NCBI GenBank assembly: GCA_951406725.2
Contig: OX597818.1
Coordinates: forward strand, 131,440,001 to 131,504,000
DNA from: Octopus vulgaris
Taxonomy: Eukaryota
Direction of reading: 5' to 3'
DNA: 64,000 bases
The position numbers and the translations under genes were made by a program. Of this stretch, positions 13,943 to 27,257 are shown piece after piece (the stretch's first letter is position 1; every line of letters starts with the position of its first letter). The notes below the pieces were generated by a model. That model had not been told where the DNA came from and ran no database searches. It saw only the letters and a list, made by a program, of their open reading frames with translations.

Positions 13943-14439
13943 CAAAATCTCAGATCAGCTTGTCAATTGTTTGACCTCGACCACTTGAGCATGTCCCTTA
14001 CCGTCTGACAATATGTGCATCCCTGGTCATGAGCAGGGGTAGTGGGGGGAGTATCATAGCCATGTTTTGAGAGGGATTCTTTGGGATTTGAATAAATGTA
14101 ACAAAAGCAAAGCTGGAAGGAAATATTAGCCATTTTTTATAATTTCTAGGGGTAAGCAGAGTTGCTTCCAAGGTAAGATTATGAAATAAATAATGTCATG
14201 GATTTACTTGATTCACACGGTGAAGGAAGATAGAACAACGTTGTGGTGAGGAAGATGAAGCAGTTGAAGATGCAGAACTAATACAGTTGTTGATACTCTT
14301 TACTTGTCACTGTTTGAGAAAAGCAGTGGTTATGTTCACATTGAATGCTGATATTATGATTGTGTGATCAGTACTTCTGAACATCTCTGGAATATAAAAT
14401 CCATCACTTGAAAAAACAGGTTTGATTTGACTATGGGAA

Positions 14440-14922
14440 ATCAAAATCAAATTCAATGACTGGCATCCGTGCTAGTGGAGCGCTAAGAGTACCATACGAG
14501 CGTGATCATTGCCAGAGCAACAAGCTGGCCTCCGTGCCAATGGCACGTAAAAAGCACCATTCGAGCATGATCATTACCTGCGTCGCCTTACTGGCACTTG
14601 TGCTGATGGCACATGAAAAACATTCGAGCAAGGTCGTTGCCAGAGCTGCTGGACTGGCTCCTGTGCAGGTGGCACTTAAAAAGCACCACTTGAGCGTGGC
14701 TGCTGCCAGTACCACCTGACTGGCCCTTGTACTGTTGGCACGTAAAAGCACTCACTACACTCTCGGAGTGGTTGGCGTTAGGAAGAGCATCCAACTGTAG
14801 AAACTCTGCCAGATCAGATTGGAGCCTGGTGCAGCCATCTGGTTTGCCATACCTCACTCTAGTCGTCCATCCCATGCTAGCATGGAAAGCGGACGTTAAA
14901 CAAAGATGAGGATGATGATGAT
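14440..14922 (+). mobile_element. RTE 3' UTR fragment with minisatellite units
   Basis: TGGCACGTAAAAAGCAC units, GGAAGAGCATCCAACTGTAGAAAC, CCCATGCTAGCATGGAAAGCGGACGTTAAA and a (GAT)n tail; appears inserted into an older related repeat spanning 14400-15012. Confidence 0.8.
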
Positions 14923-15055
14923 GAAGAGCATCTGACCATAACATGCTGCCTCTAAAAACTCTCTATCCAAACCTATGCTAGTATGGAAAAAACAAACATG
15001 AAATGAATGATTGAACAGGCTACTTGACATTGTATTTAATTTATTTCATATATAA

Positions 15056-15479
15056 CCCCTTAGCATTGCCAGTGCCACATTAAAAGCACTTATTCTGGTG
15101 CCAAGTAAAAGTGCTTGTATCAGTAGCAAGTTAAAAGTACCCAGTATACTCTGTAAAGTGGTTGGCATTAGAAAGGGCATCCAGCCATAGAAACCAAGCC
15201 AAATCAGACTGGAACCCAGTGTAGCTTTCTGGTTTGCCAAATGTGGTTGAATCAGCCAACCCATGCCTGCATGAAAAACGGATGTTAAAGGATGATGATG
15301 ATTGCTTTGTCTAATGAGATGCTTTTTTTTTTATTCACACCGTTTTGAATTAATCATTCATTAACTCGTAGCCTTGATATTTCGATGATGTGATTGTTTA
15401 TTTTTTGAATGACATTGTAGGTCAAGCGTGAGAGGTAGAATATTTGGGTTGCAATATGGCTGGTTTAAATTCTAAAGGG
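15056..15479. mobile_element. piggyBac-like MITE interrupted by an RTE 3' fragment (15068-15302)
   Basis: TIRs CCCCTTAGCATT and AATTCTAAAGGG (10/12 match), flanked by ATAA and TTAA. Confidence 0.65.
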
Positions 15480-16034
15480 TTAAAAAAAAAACTGCAAAAG
15501 CATGAAAGACAAAGTTGACCTCAAAAGAATTTGATCTCTGAACAACAAAAATCATTACTAACTACTGTCAAATGCTTAACCATTTCTACTCTTCACATCA
15601 TAATAATAATGACAGAAACAGATATAATTACAAGTAGCAACAACTTTTCCATAAAGATGCTCAAAAACACAAACAGTCTTAATCTACATTTATAAACTGA
15701 AAGATAAAATTCTTTGTCAAATGCCAACAAAAACCATAGCAACAACTATTTTTTTTTATATATTTTTATGCATCTTCATTTATTTATCTATTTTGTCTAT
15801 ATTTACCTATGTATTATCCTTTATCTAATCAAGTTTGGTTTAAAAGCTTTTTTACATTAACCTTAATCTTCTCAACATCATTTATTTACTCTCACAAGCA
15901 CACACACAAACACACACGTGTGTATATATATATATATATATAGTTAATCCAAACAAGAAAGCACAAAAAAACACAACAACGCGAGGACGTGGAACAAATA
16001 TAGTATTATTGGACACTCAGGAAATATATATATA

Positions 16035-16175
<141 letters not shown>

Positions 16176-16177
16176 CA

Positions 16178-16210
<33 letters not shown>

Positions 16211-16283
16211 CACATATATATATATACATGCAGTTATATATGTAAGTCAAACAAGCTTGACCCAATAAAGTGTGTGTATGTGT

Positions 16284-16319
<36 letters not shown>

Positions 16320-17099
16320 CTATATCTACATATCTATCTATATATATATATATATATATGATATGCATATATGATGTGTGTACATACACACACATACATA
16401 GCACATTTTTGTTTTGTTTACATAGTTCCATCATATATATATATATATATTCCTCGGGGATTCTCAATCTACAGAAAGAGAACTTGATTGGCCTTAACTC
16501 ATTATTCAAATGATGTTATTTATATCAACTTCATAAAGCTGTCTCTGACCTATCTCCTTACATGGCATCCAGTAAAGGCCAATTACTCCTCTCTCTGCTT
16601 TATATATTTTATGCAATTGTTATTAACAGTTGCAATGTTAATGTCAATTTAGCTTTGTCCAATCGAAAAGTGTATGCTTGCGAACAAGACCTCTTTCAAA
16701 AGTGCAGACAATAATTCATTGCTAGATTCAACGTGAGCATCACTTCAATTGTCTTTTGCAACCATTTTGATTCCTTTATATCCGTTAAGGTAGTGTTCAA
16801 TAATTACTAAAACAATCGAAAGAAGAATTGATATCTGCAGGGAAAGCAGAAACCTCAGTTTCGCTTATTTTCCTGTTAGTCGAATAAACTTCTCTTATGC
16901 TTTATGAGGAGTGCTTTGTCTTGAGGTCTCAGCTTCTGGTGAAGTTGTAAAGGCGGCACTACACTGTCAAGGACATGCAGACAACAACATGTTATGGGGC
17001 ACCTTTTAGACCTGGTGAAGCCCCATTTTTTATTATTTTTTTTTCAGGTTTGACTGTGGTCAATTTCTTCAAAAGTGTGTAAGTGACAGGCAGACAGGA

Positions 17100-17548
17100 A
17101 GGAGAAGAAGAAGAAGAAGAAGAAGAAGAAGAAGAAGAAGAAGAAGAAGAAGAAGAAGAGGAGGAGGAAGAAGAAGAAGAGGAGGAGGAAGAAGAGGATG
17201 AGAGGGAGGGGGAGGAGGGGGAAGGAGGAGGAGAAGAAGAAGAAGAAGAAGAAGAAGAAGAGGGGGGAGGAAGGAGGAGAAGAAAAAGAAGAAGAAAAGG
17301 AGGAAGAGAAGAAAAAGAAGAAGAAGAAGAGGAGGAGGAGGAGGAAGAGGAGGAAGGAGAAGAAAAAGAAGAAGAAGAGGAGGAGGAGGAGGAGGAGAAG
17401 AAGAAGAAAAAGAAGAAGAAGAGGAGGAGGAGGAGGAGGAGAAGAAGAAGAAAAAGAAGAAGAAGAGGAGGAGGAGGAAGGAGAAGAAGAAGAAGAAGAA
17501 GAAGAAAAGGAGGAGGAGGTGGAAGAAGAAGAAGAAGAAGAAGAAGAA
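17100..17548. repeat. (GAA/GAG)n polypurine tract
   Basis: Direct reading; source of the poly-E/K/R ORFs. Confidence 0.95.
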
Positions 17549-17713
17549 TCAAATTCGTTATAGGATTGCTACTCTATCAACTATGAGAAGATAAAGGCCA
17601 AGTTGACTTTGGTGATATCTGAACTCTGAATCCAGAGCACCAGAAGAAATACTGCAAGGCAATCTATCAGATGCTCTGATGATTCTGAAAGATTTCTCCA
17701 TTAATATGATTAT

Positions 17714-17926
17714 GGTGCTATGTAAATGCACTTGTACCGGTGGCACGTAAAAAGCACCCAGCACACTCAGTGAAGTGGTTGGCATTAGGAAGGGCATCCC
17801 ACCATAGAAACCATGCCACAACAAACAGTCATAATCTGGACAGCTCCCTCCTAGCCAGCTCCTTGTCAAACCGTCAAACCCATGCCACCATGGAAAGAGA
17901 ATGCTAACTAATGATGACAATGATGA
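17714..17926 (+). mobile_element. RTE 3' UTR fragment
   Basis: TGGCACGTAAAAAGCAC...GGAAGGGCATCC...CCCATGCC and a degenerate (GAT)n tail. Confidence 0.75.
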
Positions 17927-18619
17927 ATTATTTGATGTGTACATGTAGCTAAGTTGATAAAGTACCCTGTTAATAAAGTATCAGATTATAAGGAGCAGTT
18001 GGTTAGCTTCCAAATGACAGGGGCTAGATTATAAGGACCAGATTATAAGGACTAGATTACAAGGACCAGTTGGTTAGCTTCCAAATGACAAGAGCCAAGA
18101 TGATTAGATTCTAAATGATAGAGTCCATATAAACAGTAGCAAATGAAAAGAGAACATTCTTTGTTGATGATTGGTAAAAAAAATACTGGCACTGAATTGA
18201 TGGATTAAAACCCTTAAAGGTTCCTCAAGATATCCAGCGTCCAATGACTGAAGCCAGTAAAGGAATAAAAGTATTTTCGAAAATGATGAAACCAATATTG
18301 GATAACTTTCTTATTGATTAAATAAACTTCTTTTAATACCAAGGGAAATTATTAAGAAATACTCTTCTGAGTGATAAAAGTAAGAGTCCATTTTAAAAAT
18401 TATTTAGGGAACAATAACACACCAACAAGGAAAATATTAGCTGAAATAAAATTAATCTTTTAAGACTAAGAAAGAGGGAAAGACATAAAGACATTTAGTA
18501 ATGAATAGAGGGTAAGTCTTTCCGGTGTTTACGGTTTTATTCTAGGAGTTCTAGAATGACTGACTATTAGTACTCCCTTCTTTCCCCCACCCCCAGTACT
18601 TATTCACTTTCATAAATGT

Positions 18620-18746
18620 CTTAACTCAGCTGGCCAAAATGAGTTGTAACCTTGTCATATTCTGTGTGAAGCTGAATCTCCTTGAGAACTACGTTAATGA
18701 TATGCATGTCTGTAGAGTACTCAGCCACTTGCGAGTTAATTTTATC
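18620..18746 (+). mobile_element. Fragment of the SINE-B-type 3' module
   Basis: GAGAACTACGTTAA...CTCAGCCACTTGC matches 47960-48020. Confidence 0.7.
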
Positions 18747-20262
18747 CTCATGTGGTAATGAAAAGTGAAAGTGACATCGACTATTTGCTGTGTATATGTA
18801 TCTATGTATCAACTTTTCTTTGGATCTTTGCATCTACTGTCTCTCTCACTTTCTGTCCTTCTCTTTCACTTCCTCTGTGTCCCTCCTCTCTCCTGCTTTT
18901 AATTTAACAATGTGTGTATGTATCAACGTTTCTTTTGATCTATGTATCTACTTTTCTTGCGATGTAATAAACATTTAAAAACACAAAACTAACGCCGTCA
19001 CCACTCACTGTCTCTTTCACTCTCTCTCTTTCTCTCTCACTCTCTCATTTTCTCTCTTTTTCGCTCACTCTCTCTCTTACTTCCTCTCTGTCCTCCTCTC
19101 TCTTGCTTTGCCACTCACTTCTTTGAAGTAAGTGTGACACACCCGACAGTTACATACATAAAGAACAAATTGGCATATTAATATTATTGATACATTTATG
19201 TAAAACAGATGTAAACAATGGCTTTTATTGTGTTTTAGCTATCTTTTTCTTATCATACACGAGATAAAATTTAAAAAACGTTTTATCTAAGCAATGTGTA
19301 CTCTGTTGGTGCATTGGAGCAATTTATTGCCAATGCTCTCTAAGAAAGTAGGGGTAAGATCAAATGGGATGAGGCAAAAAATAATGACTGAATTTAAATC
19401 CTCTTGTCCTGAAACCAGATCCTATCCTCATGTGGCACCCTCTATTTCTAAAGAATTTTAACTACAATATTGGAGTTGTGTCCCTTGCCTCTCTTTTCAA
19501 GAATTGATAATTAATTAACATTTTCTATGGATCATTGCATCAAGAACGCTCTTACTGACCTTACCACTGTAAAAGGTCAGTATCACTACTCTTCTTACTT
19601 TGATATGACAATTAGTAAAAATAAAATTCCCTTCTAGTCCTTATCTCTACCTAAGGGAGGATATGAACTTGCAATTCCTGGTTTAGGAAACTTTGAGTCC
19701 TTATCCATTGGGAAATCAAAGTAGTAAGCTAACATTAATAAAGAAACTCATTGATACTAAAGCTTTTAAAAGATTAATAGCTTATCTAGTTTGGCTTGCC
19801 GAGTAGAAGAAATGATTCTAGAAAAAGATAAGTTTGTTGTATGTTACATAATAAGCTGTCCTGGTGGGAGGGTCAATGTAATGTCATGATTTAGGCTAAA
19901 GAGGTCATTGATTTGGGGACTCATGATGTGGAATATTTCAAATGTCAATTTAGCCATCAAAGATGGTGTGTGATGCAATGAAAGAGATAAAAACATACAT
20001 GATTGACTACCTGTGGAAAAGAGAAGAGGAAGAAGAAGAAGAAGAAAACACTCATTCAAGCGTAGTGATGGTGATGATAATGATGATGATGATGATGATG
20101 ATAATAAACCTTTCTACAAAAGGCACAAGGCCTGGAGCTTGGTGGGAGGGAACTAGTTGATTACACTGACCCCAGTGTATCACTGGTACTTAATTTATTG
20201 ACCCTGAAAGGATGAAAGGCAAAGTCAACCTTAGCAGAATAATAATGATAATAATAATAATG

Positions 20263-20317
<55 letters not shown>

Positions 20318-20318
<1 letters not shown>

Positions 20319-20468
20319 CATCATCATCATCATCGTTTAACGTCCACTTTCCATACTAGCATGGGTTGGACGGTTCAACTGGGGTCTGGGAAGCCCGAAG
20401 GCTGCACCGGGCCCAATCTGATCTGGCAATGTTTCTACGGCTGGATGCCCTTCCTAACGCCAACCCCT
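20318..20468 (-). mobile_element. RTE 3' end, severely 5'-truncated
   Basis: (CAT)n-CGTTTAACGTCC...CTGGATGCCCTTCCTAACGCCAACC. Confidence 0.8.
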
Positions 20469-20620
20469 CCGTAGTGTACCTTGTGTACTCTTATCAGATG
20501 GGTAGTCTTGATGGTTATACTGGGTTTTGTATATTTTACCCCAGTGTCACTTTGATGGCATGCACTGCTCTCTCACTCAATAATAATAATAATGGTTTCA
20601 ATAATAATAATAATAATAAT

Positions 20621-21156
20621 AAATGCCCTGATGCAATACAAGGCAGTGGCTCTCATGGCTTCTGATCTTAAGTGATTGGAAGTGTTATCATGTACATTGT
20701 TTTGTCTTGGTATAAAAGATGGGCTACAGCAAATATTCTGCTCAATACCACAGATTTGCTTGTCAGTTGCTTGACCGTAACCAGTTGAGCATGTCCCTTA
20801 GTAGCTGATGATATGTGTATCTCTGATCACGAGCAGCCATGTGTTAAAAGGAAATCTTTGGGGTTTGAATAATTCACCTTTGGAAATATGGATATTTCAT
20901 TCAATATCCTTAAACAACCCTTATTCAGGGACTTTTTGAGTGGGATGGGCAACTCAACCTGAAAAAATTCTAACTAGGCCTCCACCTGCAAGGTCATGTG
21001 TTATTTATCTTGATATGAGATCCCCATGTTGCGTACATATGGCTGTGATGCATGTACCTGGTGTACCCTTATCAGATGGGTAGTCATGATGGGTATACTG
21101 GGTTTTGTATATTTTACCCTAGTGTCACTTTGATGGCATGCACTGCTCTCTCACTC
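20621..21156. mobile_element. Unclassified ~540-bp (AAT)n-associated repeat (family E)
   Basis: Colinear with 24848-25405; partial copies at 13950-14092, 20471-20578 and 21900-22025. Confidence 0.8.
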
Positions 21157-22278
21157 AATAATAATAATAATGGTTTCAAATTTTTGCACAAGACCCATAG
21201 TTTCGGGGGGCAAGTCAATTATATTGCACAACTGGTGCTTATTTTATTGAACCCAAAAGGATAACAGGTAAATTTGATCATGGCAGAATTTGAACTCACA
21301 ATGTACAGAGCCAAAACAAATACTATAATGCATTTTTCCTGATGCATTCTGTCAGTTCACTGATTGAAATAGTTTTGAGTTTAGGCAGAAAGCCAGCAAT
21401 TTTGAAGGATGGATAGGTGATATCATCAAACCTAGTACTTGACTAGTACTTCATTTTATAGACCCTGAAAAGAAGAACGGCAAAATTAGCCCCAGTGAGA
21501 TATGAACTCAAAATGTAAAGCGTCAGAAGAAATGCCAGAAAATATTTTTTCAGACACTCTCTTGATTCAGCCAACTCACTCCTTTAACAATTTCTTACAT
21601 GGACACTAGGCCTTAAATTTGAAAAAGGCATGTAGTCAACTACACTGACCCCAGTACTTGGCAGGTACTTTATTTTATGAACCATAGTGGTATAAAAGGT
21701 AAAGTTGATCTCATAGGGATTTGAACTCAGCATGCAAAGAACCATAATAAAATAATACAGATGAGAGAAATTTACAAGAAGAATCATTTTGCCATTCATC
21801 TATGACCCAAGAAGTCTTCCAGACTACAATTATTTTTCATCTATGAGAAATGGCTTGCTTCATAAAATGTTAAATTTACAGACCTCAGACTATGCCATGA
21901 AGTAGTTGGGGAGCATCATAGCCATGTGTTGAGAGGAATTGTTTGGGGTTTGAATAATTCACTTCTGGAAATGAGGATGGTTCGTTCATCATCCTTAAAC
22001 AAAGCATGTACTGCTCTCTCGTTCAATAATAATAATGATGATGATGGGTGATGATGATTTCAAATTTTGGCACAAGGCCAGCAATTTCGAGGGAGGGGGT
22101 TAAATCAATTACACTAATCCCAGTGCTCAACTGGTACTTATTTTATCGACCTTGAAAGGACGAAAGGCAAAATGACCTCAGGGGGATTTGAATTCAGAAC
22201 ATAAAGTCAGAAGGAATACAACTTAGCCTTTTATCTGGTGTGCCAGCTCAACATCTTTATAACAATAATAACAACAAC

Positions 22279-22320
<42 letters not shown>

Positions 22321-22585
22321 TCTTTCTATTAAAGCACAAGGCTTAAAAATTTGGCGGGAAGGGGGCCTAGTTGAATACATTGACTTCAGTATTTCACTGG
22401 TGCTTAATTTATCAATCCCAAAAGGATGAAAGTCAAAGTCGACCTCAGCAAAATTTGAACTCAGAAAGTAAAGATGGACGAAATGCCATTGAGCATTTTG
22501 CTCAGCATGCTAACGATTCTGCCAGCTCACCACCTTAATAATAATAATAATAATAATAATGATAATAATAATAATAATAATAATA

Positions 22586-22617
<32 letters not shown>

Positions 22618-22806
22618 AATAACTAGGTGTTTTTATTTCAGGCAAAAGGCCAGTAATTTTGAGGGGATGGGATAAGTCTTTGACACCAGTATTTAACTGG
22701 TGCTTAATTTTATCAACTCTCAAAGGATGAAAGGTAAAGGTGACCTCATCGAGATTTGAACTGAGAATGCAAAGAAGAGGAACAAATACTGCAAGTCATT
22801 TTTTTG

Positions 22807-22849
<43 letters not shown>

Positions 22850-22901
22850 TAATAATAATAATAATAATAATAATGGTAATAATAATAATGATAATTATAA
22901 T

Positions 22902-23072
22902 GACGCAGGAGTGGCTGTGTGGTAAGTAGCTTGCTAACCAACCACATGGTTCCGGGTTCAGTCTCACTGCGTGGCATCTTGGGCAAGTGTCTTCTGCTAT
23001 AGCCTCGGGCCGACCAATGCCTTGTGAGTGGATTTGGTAGACGGAAACTGAAAGAAGCCTGTCGTATATATG

Positions 23073-23103
<31 letters not shown>

Positions 23104-23327
23104 TTGTGTGTCTGTGTTTGTCTCCCTAGCATTGCTTGACAACCGATGCTGGTGTGTTTACGTCCCCGTTGCTTAGTGGTTCGGCAAAAGAGACCGATAG
23201 AATAAGTACTGGGCTTACAAAGAATAAGTCCCGGGGTCGATTTGCTCGACTAAAGGCGGTGCTCCAGCATGGCCGCAGTCAAATGACTGAAACAAGTAAA
23301 AGAGTAAAAGAGTAAAGAGTAAAGAGT
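22902..23327 (+). mobile_element. SINE-A copy inserted in (AAT)n
   Basis: Full head, body and tail. Confidence 0.9.
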
Positions 23328-23360
23328 ATAATAATAATAATAATAATAAAAATGATAATA

Positions 23361-23630
23361 TGGCTAAGGAAAATGAAGAAGGTGAAGATAGTGTCAATTA
23401 CTGCTGGGTCCTTGGAACAGTATCAGAAGGCTTCAAGAGGAATATAAAGAAAATTAGAAAAAAATAGATGCCCAGGAGAACTGTTGCAAAAGGTTTGCCT
23501 CCTTGGCATGGCCAGAATAATCAGGAAAGCAGTAGATAGTTGAAAAGGACAGATAGTACGGTACTGTAGACGGCAGGCATCGAGTCCACTATGGATGCAA
23601 GATTACAGGAGTTACAACAAAACCTAAGAT
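23361..23630 (+). mobile_element. R4/Dong-clade (RLE) LINE 3' fragment
   Basis: Frameshifted KMKKVKIVSITAG / VLGTVSEGFKRNIKK / ELLQKVCLLGMARIIRKAVDS* (stop 23541-23543), matching the R4/Dong-type C-terminal pattern LQKxxLLGTARILRKVL. Confidence 0.75.
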
Positions 23631-23636
23631 AAAAAG

Positions 23637-24031
23637 GGAGTGGCTGTGTGGTAAGTAGCTTGTTTACCAACCACATGGTTCCGGGTTCAGTCCCACTACG
23701 TGGCACTTTGGGCAAGTGTCTTCTACTATAGCCTCGGGCCGACCAAAGCCTTGTGAGTGGATTTGGTAGACGGAAACTGAAAGAAGCCAGTCGTATATAT
23801 GTATTTATATATGTGTGTGTGTCTGTGTTTGTCCCCCTAGCATTGTTTGACAACCGATGCTGGTGTGTTTATGTCCCCGTTACTTAGCGGTTCGGCAAAA
23901 GAGACCGATAGAATAAGTACTGGGCTTACAAAAGAATAAGTCCCGGGGTCGAGTTGCTCGATTAAAGGCGGTGCTCCAGCATGGCCGTAGTCAAAATGAC
24001 TGAAACAAGGAAAAAGAAAGAAAGAAAAAGA
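23637..24031 (+). mobile_element. SINE-A copy
   Basis: Colinear with other copies. Confidence 0.9.
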
Positions 24032-24464
24032 AATAATAATGGTTTCAAGTTTTGGCACAAGGCCAGGAAATTTGGGGCAGAGTATAAGTCGAGTACATTT
24101 CCCCCCCCCCCCCCACCGGGCTCAACTGGTACTTGTTTTATCAATCTCAAAAGGATGAACAGCAAAGTTGATTTTGGCAGCATTTGAACTCAGTGTGTAA
24201 AATTGATGAAATGCAGCTAAGTATTTTGTCTAGCATGCTAATGATTCTGCCAGCTCCACTACCTTAATACCAATGATATTGGTTTCAAATTCTGGCACAA
24301 GGCCAGAAATTTTGAGGGAAGGGATAAGCTGATTGCATCAACCCCTTTGCTCAAATGGTTTCCATTGAAACCAAAACGATGAAAGGCAAAGTTGGCCTTC
24401 GTGGAATTTGGAGTAAGAATATAAAGATGGATGAACGCTAATGGTTTTGCCAGCTTGCTGCCCA

Positions 24465-24524
<60 letters not shown>

Positions 24525-24812
24525 AAGAAGAAGAAGAAGAACTTCTTTATTGCCCACAAGGAGCTAAACACAAAGGGGACAAACAAGGACAGACAAAAGG
24601 ATTAAGTCGATTATATCGACCTCCAGCGCATAACTGGTACTTATTTAATCGACCCCGAAAGGATGAAAAGGTAAAGTCAACCCCAGCGGAATTTGAACTC
24701 AGAACATAATGGCAGACAAAATACTACTAAGCATTTCACCTGGTGTGCTAACGATTCTGCCAGCTCGCCGCCATTAATAACAATAATAATAGTAATAATA
24801 ATAATAATAATG

Positions 24813-24846
<34 letters not shown>

Positions 24847-24847
24847 T

Positions 24848-25405
24848 AAATGCCCTGATGCAGTACCAGGCAGTGGCTCTCATGGCTTCTGATCTTAACT
24901 GATTGGAAGTGTTATCATGTACGTTGTTTTGTCTTGGTATAAAAGATGGGCTACAGCAAATATTCTGCTCAATACCACAGATTTGCTTGTCAGTTGTTTG
25001 ACCATAACCAGTTGAGCATGTCCCTTAGTGGCTGACGATATGTGCATCTCTGATCATGAGCAGAAGTAGTGGGGGAGCATCATAGCCATGTGTTGAGAGG
25101 GATTCTTTGGGGTTTGAATAGTTCACCTCTGGAAACATGGGTGGTTCTTTCAACATCCTTAAACAACCCTTATTCAGGGACTGTTTGAGCGGGATGGGCT
25201 ACTCAACCTGAAGAAAATTCTAACTGGGCCCCACCTGCAAGGTCATGTGCTGTTTATCTTGATATGAGATCACCATGTCGCACACATATGGTTGTGATGC
25301 ATGTGCCTGGTGTACCCTTATCAGACGGGTAGTCATGATGGGTATATTGGGCTTCGTATATTTTACCCCAGTGTCACTTTGATGGCATGCACTGCTCTCT
25401 CACTC
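24848..25405. mobile_element. Family E repeat, best-preserved copy
   Basis: AAATGCCCTGATGCAGTACC...GCACTGCTCTCTCACTC, flanked on both sides by (AAT)n. Confidence 0.8.
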
Positions 25406-25444
<39 letters not shown>

Positions 25445-25791
25445 TCTTTCTATTAAAGCACAAGGATTGAAAATTTGGTGGGGAGGGGGCCTAGTTGAAT
25501 ACATTGACTTCAGTATTTCACTGGTGCTTAATTTATCAATCCCGAAAGGATGAAAGTGAAAGTCGACCTCAGCAAAATTTGAACTCAGAAAGTAAAGATG
25601 GACCAGCGCATAACTGGTACTTATTTAATCGACCCCGAAAGGATGAAAGGCAAAGTCAACCCCAGCGGAATTTGAACTCAGAACATAATGGCAGACGAAA
25701 TACCACTAAGCATTTCACCTGGTGTGCTAACGATTCTGCCAGCTCGCTGCCATTAATAACAATAATAATAGTAATAATAATAATAATAATG

Positions 25792-25883
<92 letters not shown>

Positions 25884-26114
25884 CATCTTTTCTACTATAG
25901 GCACAATGTTTGCAATTTCAAGCAGAGGACAGTCAATGTAATCGACCCCAATACTTGATTGGTACTTAATTTATTGACTTCAAAATGAATGAAAGACAAA
26001 GTTGACCACAGCAGAATTTGAAATTAGAATGTAAGGCTGGATGAAACGCGCCAAAGCATTTTGCATGGCATGCTAACGATTCTGCCATTTCCTCACCTTG
26101 ATAATAATAATAAT

Positions 26115-26485
26115 AACAAGATCACTCAGAGAGTGCAAACCTCTGCCAAGGCAACACCAATGTCCCCTCAACCATTAGCCAGAGATGATCTTCAAAATGA
26201 GAATATCTGAAATAAACTCAACTGCTCTCACAAACAAGAATACTAAAAATGAACCCAACTGCTCTCAAAAATTAAGTGTAAAAAAAAAAAGCAGAAATAT
26301 AATCCGGAATGCTTGTCTGATGGTGGATCGATTCCAAAATCTAATCAGTTCATGCCAGTCATGAAACCAAACATTCCTGAAAGTCTCATCCGAATCCATC
26401 CAGCGGTTCTTGAGATATCTTGCCCATGGATAAACAAACAAGCAAACAAGTACAACTGAAAACAATACTGTCACCTTCACTAAGT
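26115..26485. mobile_element. Non-autonomous Helentron/DINE-like element
   Basis: Subterminal CCTCTGCCAAGG, an AAGTCTCATCCGAATCC block and an (ACAA)n tract near the end; terminal hairpin degraded. Assignment by architecture, from memory. Confidence 0.5.
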
Positions 26486-26989
26486 AATAACAATAAAAAA
26501 ACAAGGACTATAATGATAATGGTGAATACAATAGTAATAATAATCAGCAAAAGTGATGATTAATTATAAGAAATTTTTAACTACTACTACTACTACTACT
26601 ACTACAACAGATAATGATGATGTCAATGATGATGATGGTAAGCAATTTACAACTTATACATAATAGAAGGAGATTTTTCGATCATTACAGGCCAATCTAT
26701 AAAGTAAACATCAATTCTCAAGGACCACAAAACCATATGCTGACTCAGTTTCGGTGATAACAAGCAACAGTATTCAAATACATACATACACGTGCATACA
26801 TGTGTGTGTATATATGTGTGTGTGTGTGTGCATGCATATATGTGTGTGTGTGCGTGTGTGTGTGTATGTATACATACATATATAGATAGATACAAACATG
26901 TATACACACATGCACACACACGATAAAGAACGCTGCGTACATATAGATATAAATATGTATTTCATTATATATGTGTGTATATATATATC

Positions 26990-27257
<268 letters not shown>

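Larger units (their letters stand above)
20101..26098 (-). mobile_element. Cluster of about 12 co-oriented SINE-D copies in an (AAT)n field
   Basis: Copies at about 20101-20240, 21160-21364, 21372-21583, 21585-21740, 22056-22250, 22320-22535, 22623-22800, 24032-24264, 24275-24462, 24541-24772, 25443-25751 (fused pair) and 25884-26098. All show GAAAGGATGAAAGGCAAAGT-like sequence on the plus strand. Confidence 0.85.

Noticed and set aside
16850-16900. Minus-strand 7-bp stem followed by GAAAC
   Set aside because: Lacks CUGANGA and the cleavage triplet context.
17083-17586. Poly-Glu/Lys/Arg ORFs
   Set aside because: Pure (GAA/GAG)n tract, open in several frames by composition.
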